A stretch of 60,607 nt of DNA, taken from Phoronis australis. Taxonomy: Eukaryota; Animalia; Phoronida. Positions 28,705 through 41,521 of the stretch are shown in pieces. The notes beneath the pieces were generated by a model, which was not told the origin of the DNA, searched no databases, and worked only from the letters and a program-made list of their open reading frames with translations. Location: positions 60,359 through 120,965 of the forward strand of contig NMRA01000852.1 in NCBI GenBank assembly GCA_002633005.1, read 5' to 3'. Within the stretch, counting starts at the first letter, position 1. Every line of letters starts with the position of its first letter. The translations under genes and the position numbers were made by a program.

Positions 28705-30529
28705 GGTGGCACTGAGAGGATCGTGGGGTTGTGGGTCGATGGGGCTTTAGAAAAAATCTTGTGTTAGTTTTGTCTGTCATTTTTTGTTTGATATTGTTTT
28801 CTTACCTCAATAGCTAAGACCTTCCTCTCGGTCTTGCATGCTGTTGTTTGTGTCGATCACAGAGTCTGACATTTAAAATGCAAATTGACCTGTTGACCTG
28901 TAATGCTATGATAGAATCAATTCAATTTATACTTGTCCCGTAGCAAGTTAAACACAGGTACTTCCAAAACAATTTAAACTTAAAATTTGAATGCGCCGGT
29001 GTAGCATCGTATGCTCTTAAAGTTATATTTTTCTTCGTAGAAATTATTTCATTGATATCTTCCATTCTCTACAGTGTCGTTAAAGATGCTGTTATTGTTG
29101 CTGAAGCTTTCGCTGTTGTAGATAAAACCTTCGTCCATCGCGCGGTATTAGGATTTTCTGGCCCAGCTGCGAAGGCTCGTGCCTTTCTTGTTTTTTGCCA
29201 AGCTGCTCGCGAGCCCTTTGTTCGTAAGGTGTTTAACATTGTCTTCCGCCTCAACATAATCCAACAATTGTCCCGGAGCTGCTATTGACAAATTTAATTC
29301 CCTGGTACACGCACTCCAACAAAATGGGTGCGACGAATCTCCATTGATTGCACACACACAGGACTATGTACTTTAATTGGTTCACTAGACCCCGATGTCT
29401 TTGATGATAGATTTAGTCGCCCCCATCGGGACCGCGCTACTGACTTCGATGACGCACCGCGCTACTGACTTGAAGAGGACACGCTATCGTGACACTGCAG
29501 GTGTACGACTTTGTAGGATATTCTATGCAAGTGGAATTGTGGAGATCTGTGCCGCTCTATTTCATGAAACAATTTTGTTGTGTCTAAAGTTCGAAATTCT
29601 GAGATTTAAAATCTGCAGCCGTAACCGTATGGCAAGTTTTCTTTTGACAAGACGGTACGTGTCGCTTCATAAAGGTGACGTCATTTGACGTCTATTAGTA
29701 CCAGCGTCATCTAATTTTTTTCGGCGCTAAATGGGGTTCCTGATGGGGTCGTGCGATAGTACTTAGCGTATTCGGTTGATGTTAGGAGTAAACGAAGTGA
29801 TGACACTTTTTTTGACCAATAATGCATATATTTAACATGCTCAAGTCACTTTGTCACATTACGCGGTCTGTTGTAGGCACACAACAGTTCTCACAGGTTT
29901 TTGCCTATCGGAACACACGTTAATGGACTCTTCACCCTTTCTCCACTCCGTCAAAAACTGCATGCAAATAAAGAAAAGTTTTTTGAGTCATTTCACTTCA
30001 CAAGCCCTACATATGAGCACTGAAACTTTATTCTCTCTTGTATTGTTGACCCTTTCACTCCCACTGAAAACCAAGCTAGACTAAGAAAAATAGGAGCAAA
30101 AACGCAAAATAGGCACTTTTCACCCTAAAATCACCACTTCCCTGCAAATGCTGGACTAGAGCCAACATTAGATTCCGAAAGCAAATTAACTACCAATTCC
30201 AAAAATGTGGTCAAAAATTACGGTTAACCAAATATTTTTTTTGCAAATCTGGCTTGTTTGAGGGCTACCTGAAATCGCGGCCAATTTCTCAGTTGCTTCA
30301 CAGCAATGCACATTTGCAACAGGGGGCCACCATCTCGAAGAAGAGTGCAGCTACAGCTGAGAAAGTGGCCTTTTTCATTCTCAGCATGTTCCCAAGTACA
30401 AACGAACCACATTCACTACGTACAACGCCTAACTAAAAATGCCCCCAAGCCTGGCTTACCCCTAGATTTTTTAAAATATTTTGGGAGTGCATATTGGCCG
30501 CGACCGCAGCCTAACTGTTCAGTGCCACC
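28705..30529. mobile_element. Kolobok-like non-autonomous element
   Basis: 11-bp TIR GGTGGCACTGA / TCAGTGCCACC flanked by TCAA and TTAA; the right ~650 bp recur at 46145-48642. Confidence 0.55.
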
Positions 30530-30612
30530 TTAAGTGGTGTGTCAAAAGTGGGCGTGACGGTTGATTAAACATAGCTTCGCACAACAAAGAACTTTCTTCC
30601 ATGACAATTAAA

Positions 30613-31290
30613 AAACTCCTTCATCCGAGGGAAAGTGTCTGTGCCTTCTGTCAGAGGGGATTTTTTTCGCCGAGTGCCGGAGGGGGAAATCAGTCTCACG
30701 ACCCGATCACCATGAAAACCGACTACGAGGGCTCTACCTGAAGAAGGTTTTTGTGCTCTTCCAATTTGTGACCTGTGTGGGTTAAAAGTGATTGGAACTT
30801 CGTGATCAATTTTTCAATTACCTTAGGGAAATTTTAGTCCTCGTGAGGGGAATTTCGCGTGATTTTTCAATATTTTTGAGAAGGAAATAGGGCCGATATT
30901 CTGTCCCAAATTGAGGGATTGAGGGCCTGTGGAAAAAATGCATCATGTTTCAACCCGTAGTCAAGGAAACACAGCCCAGCTGGCAGAAGTTTCACCGATT
31001 ATTGCCGCTATGATGCTCGGCAACTGACTGATGCAACAAAATATGATCTAACTTTTCGAAAACATTTATAAATTTTATACGGAAATATTTTACTTCGTCG
31101 CGGCGTATGGCAACGACCCAACGCTATCGAATCTCATCGTCCTTAGGGACTGTAAAACAAACAGTCTAGTGTCCGTATATTTTAACTGTATCGTCGTTCG
31201 AGCAACGCGGAATACAACTAGACCAATAAGCCAACAGCGAGCCTCGTTTTGAAACGCGGCTCCTGTCGGTGTGAATAAAGTCTATACGCA
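30613..31290 (-). repeat. Dispersed repeat with THAP-domain relic, copy A
   Basis: Same-orientation homolog of 35043-35745; the minus strand reads ...CFTVPKDDEIR*RWVVAIRRD (THAP F-P-x-D..R..W..AIRR pattern). Confidence 0.65.
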
Positions 31291-33020
31291 CGAGAATGGA
31301 AAACAAATTATTAACATTTGAAGAAACGAAATTTATTGCCCAATGCTAGAAGAAACTTAGGAAATCGAAAATGTCGAAAGGCAATTAATCTCCCAAGTTG
31401 CTCAGACTTCCAGGTGTTTTTGTTTGTGTTTTACTTTGCGAGAATGCTACATGTACAACTATTTCATGTTTGATAATTGCCAACGATGTAGAGGGCAGTA
31501 CGAACGGATTCGTACTCTTTTAGTGTGGGCAGAATCAAGTCCGTCGGGTGGGAGCAGACTTGATTCATCCACGGGCATGTTTTTTTAATCATCTTCAAAC
31601 TCCAGCAGGAGGCATCGAAGTGCCAGTTGTAGCAGGCGCACCGAGTTGGACCAGACGTCCAGTCGTTCTTTGTGGTCAATGCGTGTGGCTTCTATCCCCA
31701 GGTCATATATTACATCAACTGCCTTGCTGGGTGATGCAGTAGGAATTTCACTACCTAGAAAAAATCAGAACTTGGCCAACACTATAAACGCCCGTGCTTT
31801 CATTTGATGTTCCTCCGTCGAGCAGTTCAGGAGCTAGTTGAGGTCTTTCCTCTCGTTCTTTCATTGTTGCGAAGAATGGGTGTCTGAAAAAAAGGAATTC
31901 CGTGGAATACTGTGGATTCACCGTCTTCGTGTCTTACACTTCGGCAAGCAAGAAACAGGCAAACTATTTGATATATATCTGTTCATCACTAGTAACATTG
32001 TGAAGAGCTTCATTTGTATAGTATACAACGCACATTGTACATACATGTACTCAATATGTGTGAGTATGTATGTTCACTTATGCTAAATGGAATAATTTCT
32101 TTGTTCAGTGTTTTCTGATCTAACACCGTGGATTGAAATCTGCACGCTAGAATAATTTCTCGCAGGCAGTCTCCATCTGCTGTATGTACATGTACATGTA
32201 TCTAACATACAGTTCTCCATGGGTCAACCAAGGACGACGCTAACCTGTTCTTTTTAAACTAGCTGAACATAAAAACACGGTGGTACAAATCGAGCTACAA
32301 AATCACATTACACATGGTAAGGGTGAGTTGTGAGCCCCGTGTCACTCAAGAAGACGTATTAGTTTGGGTTTAAAGAATAAATGTCAACTTTTATCTTGTG
32401 TTGCCGAGGTTTTGCTGCGCATGCGCCGTCAGGTGGGTGGTTACATTCGTTTCTGCCCTTGCCTATTTCTCATTCGATCATTGAGTAAAAATGCCTCAGT
32501 TATGTTCATCAATTCCAATGTGAAGTTTGTGCTTTCTGCATGACGTGCAGAACTGCGAATTGCAAGAAAATTATGTTCCGTTTCACAATTTTTTTGCTAG
32601 ACTTTAAAATTTCAGAGTGTATTTTTTCGTTGTTACAAGCGGGATAAGTACGTTTATTTATTAATCTGTTTATTCAAATATGTGCACTCCATTTGAAGAT
32701 CTCTCGGAAAGATACCAAACAATGTGAGCGCAAAACATCCTTCTGCCGCACGCCACTACTTGGAAACCAAACGAATTTGTACATGTTAATCGAACAATTT
32801 CAGAAGGAGAACCTTCCCGGCAAAACACTGTCGAATGCCTTCTGAAAGTTTATGAAGCATTCAGAGGCACCTTGTTTAATTTTTAACTTCTGGTAATCTT
32901 TTCTTCTGAATGGGATATCGGGTAATATCTCACGGGGTCATTGCGTTTTCACGAGGTTCCTGTCCATGCACTCTAGAAACCTCTTTTCTTAAAGCAGTAC
33001 CCCCGATTAAACCGGATTGT

Positions 33021-33793
33021 TCTGAAACCCCTCGACCCCCACACCCCACGACCCCCTCAACTTAGTCTACAAGAGCTCGACACGTCTTAACATGGAACAA
33101 GCGCTTGGGTCGTGAGCTCGGCTGGCTTTTCCGGGTTTTCTGCCATAAAGAGAGTCGATTTGGGAAGTTTGAAATCCAAAAGCAGAAAAGATGACTTGAC
33201 CATATCAAGTCAAAGACCTATGAACGATACAAATGTCGTTCCCGGCAGAGTTTAATCGTCTCGTCTGCTCTTCAGTGAATGGTAGATTCAACCATTTTCG
33301 CGGAGAGTGAGAGGAATTGACAAAATTGTAATTTCATATTAAGTAAATACAGTTGGAAAAACAAAATGTTAACTAAAAAGTATTTCAACGTTATACGGAG
33401 TACATTCTAAACGAGTAACCAACAGAAAGCAAATAATAAAAATGTGAAATTATGTACATTCATGTTAACGTACATGTACTCTCTCCTCGCTGAGTTTAGT
33501 AGATCTGGGCCATTGGTAGCCGCTTGTGGAACTATTTTCGTGCCAATGATAGCGCGCTTACAATGCGCTAGTTTAGATCACGTTCTCACGCCAATTTCTG
33601 TTTTTAATCTGACATGAGCCAAAGAAGACTCGCGTGTAGTTATGTCTTATATGAAAATCACTCAGCGACGTAATAAGATTTTGAAATACGTAAAAAGCGC
33701 CAAAATACATGTATCTCTATTGCTACAGGTCGTGGGTAGTGGGGGTTGTGGGTCGATGGGGTCAGGGGGTGTGGGGATCAAGGGGGTTTCAGA
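33021..33793. mobile_element. MITE-like element with C-rich/G-rich subterminal repeats
   Basis: TCTGAAACCCCTCGACCCCCACACCCC... / ...GGGGGTGTGGGGATCAAGGGGGTTTCAGA; a similar G-rich motif occurs at ~28722-28745. Confidence 0.5.
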
Positions 33794-35042
33794 TTGTTTT
33801 TATTTTCACTTAAAGGCTGCAACGGGCAAGGTGACTGTCGGCTGAATCTTAAAGGTTCTGCATGCAACCCCGCCGGTCGTAAGCTCTACTTGTTGATATA
33901 AGTTTCATGACGAGGTGACGAGCTGGCATACCCGTTTGTGAGTGTGAAGTTTCTTTGTCTAACGGAGCTCAAGGCATAATCTTCTTCATACAGCCATATG
34001 GGTTTCTACCTTAGTGTGTACATTCATGATGTGATTTTTAGAAACACATCGTATTCTTTGTGTACATACACTAAACGTACCGAGAGTGGCGTACATGATG
34101 TAATATCCCACGAGACATTATTCCCGCTTATCGATCTCGATCTTCGGTCTCGGTCAATACGCAGAATAATGTCAAGTGGGATATTATTTCATGTACGACA
34201 ATCGAGGTTTGTTTTGTATTTATCCCATACGCTTCAAATTTCTAAGTTCGTTTCACTTTTCCCGCAGATATTTTAAATACTTCACTCAAACTCTTCTTGT
34301 GGCGGATCACATAATATACATGCATGTATGTACTTCCGCGTTAGGCTGCAAGTTTTCTCTAGTAAAAGAAACGGTTTTAAATGTGACGATTTATTACTTG
34401 AAAAGAGATTCCAAAGACGAAAACAAGGATAACTTTTCTTTGAACGTGTAACATCTCCTCAAAATAGTTAATTAACAGCAATATTTCGGAAAACTAGGTT
34501 CGAAACATGAAAAGTAAATATGACCACATTGCGGCGATCGTAGTGTTACGGATTAGGTATTATGCTGAGTGCAGGGTTACGTTTTTTCTTCTAAATTGTT
34601 GATCAAAATACTTTCTACGCAAACCAGGCCATCTGCTCGTATTGTTGACGAGTTTAAGACATATTCGACAGTGGTGGCTGTCATGTGCAATTAGTCACAT
34701 CTGGTTTAATTTGTTGATCAAGAATATTAACATCAAGCATAGCCTGATCCTAACACTTGAATTGGCATTGATCTGAAAGAATAATTGAATATTAAATATA
34801 TTTTTATTAAAATAAAAACAGGCTCGTAATCAAAAATAAAAATTATTTGACCATCGATTCTGCTTTCTTGGTTGTAATAATTCTTACGTCTATTTCATGT
34901 GTTAGGTTTCAAATACCAACCTTGACCAAGTTGAATTTTAAAATTAAAACACCCAATTCGTTCGTCCAAAGCATAACCTCGTTATAGAACCCAATTTCAG
35001 TTAACTGGACATAGCAGTCATAGTTATCATGTTTCTCCAGGA

Positions 35043-35745
35043 GCCTCCTTCATCCGAGGGGAAAGGTACCAGTGCCTACTGACAGGCGATTTTTTCGCCG
35101 AGTGAGGGGAAAAATCTACCTCTCGATCACCATCAGTAGCACTCCCGCCCTGTTGCAAGCTCTCATATGCTCTGTTTCAGTTTAAAGTAGCCTTTTGTGC
35201 TCTTAAAAATTGTCACCTGTGTGGTTACAGGTGATGTGAACTCAGAGAGATTTTTCAATAGGGGAATTTTTATGCCTCGTGGGGGAATTTCGCGTGATAT
35301 TTCAATATTTTTGAGAGAGAAATAGGGCCAATATTGGGCCCCAAATTCGAGGGATTGAGGGTCCTGTCCTTTTTGGAAAGAAAAATTATAATGTTTCAAC
35401 CCGTAGTCATGAAAACACAGCCTGGCTGGCCCATTCTCCGGTAGTTACTATGATGCTTGTCAACCGAGATGCGACAAAATATGATATAATTCTTCAAAAA
35501 CATTTATAAAATTTACATTGACATATTTTGCTTCGATGCGGCGTATGGCAACGACCCAACCCTTCCGAATCTCAACGTCTTTAGGGATTGTAAAGCAGAC
35601 AGTTGAGTGTCCGTAATTTTTCTGGCTGTTCGCTGAGCAACGCGGACTGAAATACATGTACAGCTATGCCGATAAGCTAACAGAGCTATCGTAGCGAGCC
35701 TGGTTTTGGAACGCGCCTCCTGTCGGCGTGAATTGGGTCTATAGT
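35043..35745 (-). repeat. Dispersed repeat with THAP-domain relic, copy B
   Basis: ORF 35460-35657 PRCS...CFTIPKDVEIRKGWVVAIRR; colinear with copy A. Confidence 0.65.
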
Positions 35746-38124
35746 AATTTATATACATTGTTGTAAACAGTGGGGACGGCATTAGGATTTTTTAACTTTT
35801 CATTTCGAAAGTTTTTAAATGGCATGAATGTTTCGTGAAAAGTACATTTTGGTAGTTTTTTTGAATTATGTCAATAACATAAAACTGACGTAGAAGGTTG
35901 TTTACTTCCAGTGAGTTGATTCATTAATTTTTCTGAGCCAATGGGCTAATTACCAGAGGTCATCAACTAGCAGTTGATAATTGAAGAACGTCAAACGTCA
36001 TCGCCAAATAATGGACATGTTGGTTGAGTCGTTATCTGATTAATGAACTAAGTAACTACTCATGCCAATCAATTGAGAATAGAATTGTATTGTGAAAACA
36101 AGCCAAACAAGCAGGTAGATATTTGAGAGATGGCTAGTTAAGACCTATGGATATGGTTTCAATGTTACAAAAGGTGACTGACAGATGAAGAAAAGCCTTC
36201 ATAATAAGCACCGCTGACAGTTACTGTGAAGAACGCAGTAGGCATTCATCCAAACTTTGTTAATTTTCTTACATTAATTAGACCTTCGGTGCCGTTTGGC
36301 GTAATCTAATTTTGAGCAAAGTTGCGACAGCATTCTCAAAACGACATGTTAACTAATTTCTCCAATTATCAAATCAAAAATTCAAACAAGGGACAAATAT
36401 ATTTATATCGTGTAGCTTTGAAATTTGCTGTGGCAAGTTCATGACATAGGTTCACTTTTTATTGGAACACAAGCATAAGACAATAAAATAATGGTACATA
36501 GTATTAGCCCAGAAAACAAATCATTATATTCCAATTTATCTGTATACCTATCTATAAACTATCAAAATAAAACGAAATAATAAAAACAACAGGAAATCAA
36601 AGCGAATTCAAGGAAAACACATTCACAAAATAGAAAAAACAAACAAAAAAATTAGTGTAGCGTAAAAACCCATTTCTTACTGATGCTTTTAAAAGTGACG
36701 TCATTCAGGTTTTGCGTTTGTGCAGCTTTTGAAAAACAAAAACACAAGATATTAACAAAAATTGACGCTGGTCGGACTCGTTTCTAATCGGTGAGAACAG
36801 GTCTCAAATGGCTCACGGAAGCGATCACTACCACCTAATAATTTTCGACCTGATGTTGAATGCACTTCTTGAGTTGTTAGCTTTGAACAGAGCTATAAAA
36901 CTAAAATTACATTGCTCCTTTCACTGAAAACTTCGTTCACGCTAGTGTAGCAAATAAAATGAAATATTCAAGTGATTGTACAAAAGCAATGCGTTTCGTT
37001 GAAGTGCACCCACGAATGAATCGCAAACGGGGTGTTTCTAGGGTTGTTTATTTGTATCATAGAAATTACCACTAGATGGCGCAAAAACGTAAATTCCATC
37101 CGAAAAACAACAACGTGACATCTGTCAAGGATTTTCAGAGAAACAAAGGAAAACGGGAAAAAATTAATTGCCACTAGGGGGCACGTGATTTTCATTCTCT
37201 AAAAGGACTTCACAAATACAGAGTTTGCCCATAATACTTCAGTAAATATTTCAAGAAATCCAATCTCTGGAAACTTAACTAGTCAGTTACTACAAGCAGT
37301 CAAAATTATAGGTTACCTATTGTCGTCAGGCTCCAAAGGTCGTCCGCCATCTTGTTTCGCGTGCAGCGCAACCACGCGGGACTTAGCGTTCCAATTTGGA
37401 GTGCTCGTGTGCACGTTAGGTACTAACTTATCGGAAGAGACACGTATCAAAGTAATGAGACAAAAATCGGTGAGTTTACCGATTGTTTTTTAAAACCACT
37501 TAAAAATCAGTAGATTTTATTAATACACTTTTTTGTGCGTTTTCAGAAGATGTTTTCGAATTTAAATTTTCTTCCGACGGGACACAAAACATGATCCAGG
37601 GTTTGTTTATGCAATGTATCTGTTTTTCCCAGGCACTAGTAGGATCTAGAAGGCCAAAGGAAAAATCCGCAGACAAATGCGATACGCTGGGTTCTTAACA
37701 TTTTTGCCTCACGCATTCACCATTAAACTGCATTGAAATGTTGTCCAATTGGCTTTTATTGGAAACCACAGTGCAGAGCTCAGCATCAAAGCTTCAAATC
37801 GAGTTTATGTCAATAAAAACAGGCTGTTGCAATTTTCATTACTTCGTTGGCCTTTTTCTGCATGTTTCTCAGTTTTTACAAAAGGGGGCAGCATATGACG
37901 ACCTTAGGTGTCACAATAAAATGGCTGCCGAAGGAAGTGCACATTTGAAATAACTCGGCACAATATAAAGAAAACTTCCGAATCGATGAATGCGGTATAT
38001 CTGTGAGAGTTAAATCGAATCCTATTCAGATCATAACTTTGAAGTGGAATAATTCGGTGAGTACAACAGCAAGTCGGTTTTATGCTTAGGCGGACGACCA
38101 TTGGGTTCCCCAGTATACATACAG

Positions 38125-38422
38125 AAAATTAAAATCCATAACAAATTACAGCTAGACGAAATTCTATCCACAAATTTTTACTTCCACAATAAATTACATT
38201 CACAAGATTATTCACAAAATCACATCAACAGAATTTACATCTCCAAAATTACTTCCACAATAAAATACATTCACAAAATTCCATTCACAAACATTACGTC
38301 AATAGATTTAACATCCACAAAATTACTTCCACAATAAGTTTCATACATCAAATCCACTAATTACATCTGCAAACTTTGACTCCGTAAAACACTAATTTCA
38401 CAAAAATTACATTAACAAAAAA
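38125..38422. repeat. Degenerate low-complexity minisatellite (~12-13-bp AAATTAC(A/T)TCCAC unit) downstream of the LRR gene
   Basis: Almost G-free + strand; TTACTTCCACAATAA recurs at ~73-bp spacing (~38178, ~38249, ~38323). Confidence 0.6.
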
Positions 38423-38716
38423 TACACTCACAAAAATATAATTTTCCTGTGGAAATTATCCGTTAAGAAAGGCCAAAGGGAATCCCTGTAAGACAGCCGT
38501 ACATGTGTTTTCTTAGTAAAAGTAACACCAAAACTGTTGACTAACCAATCTAAGATAAAGTCACTTTTCATCGGTGTATACAAATTATGGTCTGAGGAAA
38601 ACAAGAAAGTATTCTGATGTTGCAAATTATCTCCCTTGTCAAAACACCTCCACACTATAGTATCGTGGGGAGTGTCTAAAACGTACTAGTTAGGAAAAAT
38701 GTTAACGCCAGAAGTC

Positions 38717-41521
38717 TTATACTCGACTGTTTCCAAGTTCGCTCTGGTTTGTTGTGGCACCGAATGTAGACGGGTCGGCTTGGTCGTTGTATTTACGTAC
38801 GATCCTTACTGCCAAAATGACGCCTACAGCGATTACACAAGCCCCAACAGCAGCGGCGATACCACCTATCAGGTATGCCTCAACAGGCACGCCATTTTCA
38901 TATATTTTGTGATTCTCTCTGTCCTCACTTGTCTTAGGGTCTTTTATCAGCTTTACATTTGACGACTGCCCCATGACGTTTTTACCTAAACAGGTGTAAT
39001 TCCCGCCAACAAATTTATCCATCGGGATACTCGAGAGTCCGACTGTTTTTGACTCTGTAATATCATATCGGAAAGAACAATTCACATCGTTTCCTTCAGG
39101 GTCTTGGAGCGCTATATTTGGAGATGGATCTGCGTATGATGTACATTGGATTAGTACCTCCTTGACTCCGTACGTGACCTCCATTACTGGGTAACTTGGC
39201 TTGCTACAACTAAAAATGGGAGACACAAACGATTCCATGGTTGGTTGAGTTTTAGCAGGAGAATTACAGGTAGGGATAGCATGATTGGTGTCTGGACCTT
39301 TGAGAAGTAGGCTCACCTGAAAGACCCATGCTTGCAATGGATAGATGAAGCAGTTGCAGTGAAGCGGGTTGTTCGACACAAAGAAATTGCGGAAGTGTTT
39401 GTCTCGGCTGATCAACTTTCCCAATATATCCTGTGGTATAACTTTAATACCATTATTGCGAACGGACAAAGTTTTCAGCTTGTTTAGGTATTTCACAGTC
39501 CCTTCTTCAATTTCTGTAATGCCACAGTTATCCAGTTCAAGGAATTCCAACGATGCGAGAGAGCTAAACATGTTCTGACTTATTATTCGAATTCTATTTC
39601 CTGACAGATCAAGTTCCCACAGAAACTTCAAATTGTCAAAGGCATCTTTAGCTATGAAGTCAATGTTTGCATACGACATATTTAAGATCTGAAGTTGGGG
39701 CATACCTGAAAGCATTTTGCTCGTTACAGAAGCAAAATCGTTACCACTTAAGGTCAGACGCCAAACCATGGTCATGTTGGCCGTGGCAAAATTTTTCATA
39801 TTATTATCGTCCATTTGAAGATCTGTAAGGTCTCTTGGCAATGTGTTGGCGGTCACACGAATCACCTGATTTCCTTCTAAATATAACCGTTTAAGTGATT
39901 TTAATTTCCCAAAAGCATTTTCTGTTATCGAAATAATCTTGTTGAGTGCAAGATTTAGTGTTACCAAAGATTCAAGTCCTTCAAGCATGTAACCAGATAT
40001 GTGTTTGATGTGGTTTCTAGCAAGATCTAGGACCTTCAACCGACGACAAAGTTTAAATGGTTGATCATTTAAATCAGTTATATTGCTCCCTGACAGATCC
40101 AGGTCAACGACGTGTCTAAAGTTAGCAATAAATTTCTTCGAAACGGAAAGATGTTCAAAATCTCCTTGCAGCTCGAATGTTTTAATGTTAGTAAGAAATG
40201 ACGCGTTAAACGTAACGTTGACGTTAGTGACTGAAACACGTACTACAATAAACTTAAGTGGTGATACTATTCGTATCCCACGAACTGGATTCCCTCTCAT
40301 TTCCAACAACATAGGTCTTTTGGGACCATCAAAATCACGAGAGGTTATTGCCGAAATTTTATTGCCTCTGAGGTAAAGAAATCGCAGTCTTGCTAAGTCA
40401 TCAAAAGGTCGATCTCCAAGGGAATGTATGTCGTTGAAGCTTAGACTTAAGGTCTCCAAATTTATTAGACCATTAAAAATTCCACGTGTCAAAACTGTAA
40501 TTCGATTATTTGAAAGAAATAACTCTTGAAGGCTTGTCATGTGAGACAACGACTTTTCTTCTATTTTCGCTATCTTGTTCCCTGTTAGGTATAGCACTTT
40601 AGTTGATTCCAGGCACGAAAACATATTTTTGTTCACCAGTGGAAGCCAGTTTCCAGTGAGTCGAAAGTCTTCAACCAAGGAATAGGAACAAAGTGATCCG
40701 TTTTCGATTTCTGAAATCTTGTTGAAAGACAGGTTAATAACGATACTTTGATTCGAAAGAACATATGTGTCTTCAACTGCGTGTAAACAGTTATGCCGTA
40801 AGACCAGCATTTCCAACGCAGGTAGCACCACGCGATCAACCTCACTAACTGAATTGTTTCCCAAATTTAGAATCCTCAAATTGTCCAGTCCGTCAAAAAC
40901 ATTCTTGTCCACTCTGGCTATGTTGTTGTTTTGGAGACTAAGATGTGTTAACCTGTTCAGTGCGTCAAATGTTCCATTTCCTATCCTAAAAATGTCGTTG
41001 TAACCAATATCCAATACTTCAAGATTGCTCAAGGTATGTGCAAAAGAACTAACATCCAACGAATTAATAGAGTTGTAAGTTAAAATCAATGCTCTTAATG
41101 ACGGTGTTTCTTTAAAAATGTCCTGGGAAAGAAATGTTAAGCGATTACTGGTAAGATCCAAAGTTATTAAGTTAAACAAACCGCTTAATGTTTGCCTTGT
41201 CAAAGCTCGTATTTCGTTATACCTAAAATCCAATTTTTGGAGTTTGATTAAAGGAGAAAGAAGTCTGTCTGGGATATTAGACAGGCGGTTGTGTCCCAGG
41301 TAAAGGAACTGCACATGAGATAATTGTGTGAACGCGTTTCTCTCAATCTTGCGTATGCCACATCTCCAAAAGTTCACAGTGGAGGTGTCCTTGAAACGCG
41401 ATGTCTTCTCCATGGACAACACTTTGTTTTTCCATTGCAGGCAGATAGTGGACGAGAAATTCCACAAACTTGAGCTGAAGAGCACCAGGAAAATTATTAC
41501 ACGTCCACTTTCCGGAGCCAT
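38717..41521 (-). CDS. Single-exon LRR-Ig type I membrane protein (LIG-type architecture), ~934 aa
   Basis: ATG at 41521 (MAPESGRVIIFLVLFSSSLW, signal peptide-like); ~26 LxxLxLxxN repeats; LRRCT NNPLHCNC...PTCNSP; Ig-like domain (VLIQCTSYADPSPNI...GNYTCLGKNVMG); TM helix LIGGIAAAVGACVIAVGVILAV; short tail ending -SRV. No TIR or kinase domain. Confidence 0.92.
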   Translation of the reverse strand: MAPESGRVIIFLVLFSSSLWNFSSTICLQWKNKVLSMEKTSRFKDTSTVNFWRCGIRKIERNAFTQLSHVQFLYLGHNRLSNIPDRLLSPLIKLQKLDFRYNEIRALTRQTLSGLFNLITLDLTSNRLTFLSQDIFKETPSLRALILTYNSINSLDVSSFAHTLSNLEVLDIGYNDIFRIGNGTFDALNRLTHLSLQNNNIARVDKNVFDGLDNLRILNLGNNSVSEVDRVVLPALEMLVLRHNCLHAVEDTYVLSNQSIVINLSFNKISEIENGSLCSYSLVEDFRLTGNWLPLVNKNMFSCLESTKVLYLTGNKIAKIEEKSLSHMTSLQELFLSNNRITVLTRGIFNGLINLETLSLSFNDIHSLGDRPFDDLARLRFLYLRGNKISAITSRDFDGPKRPMLLEMRGNPVRGIRIVSPLKFIVVRVSVTNVNVTFNASFLTNIKTFELQGDFEHLSVSKKFIANFRHVVDLDLSGSNITDLNDQPFKLCRRLKVLDLARNHIKHISGYMLEGLESLVTLNLALNKIISITENAFGKLKSLKRLYLEGNQVIRVTANTLPRDLTDLQMDDNNMKNFATANMTMVWRLTLSGNDFASVTSKMLSGMPQLQILNMSYANIDFIAKDAFDNLKFLWELDLSGNRIRIISQNMFSSLASLEFLELDNCGITEIEEGTVKYLNKLKTLSVRNNGIKVIPQDILGKLISRDKHFRNFFVSNNPLHCNCFIYPLQAWVFQVSLLLKGPDTNHAIPTCNSPAKTQPTMESFVSPIFSCSKPSYPVMEVTYGVKEVLIQCTSYADPSPNIALQDPEGNDVNCSFRYDITESKTVGLSSIPMDKFVGGNYTCLGKNVMGQSSNVKLIKDPKTSEDRENHKIYENGVPVEAYLIGGIAAAVGACVIAVGVILAVRIVRKYNDQADPSTFGATTNQSELGNSRV

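Noticed and set aside
38125-38422. CRISPR-like array
   Set aside because: Eukaryotic context, degenerate units with no unique spacers, no cas genes.
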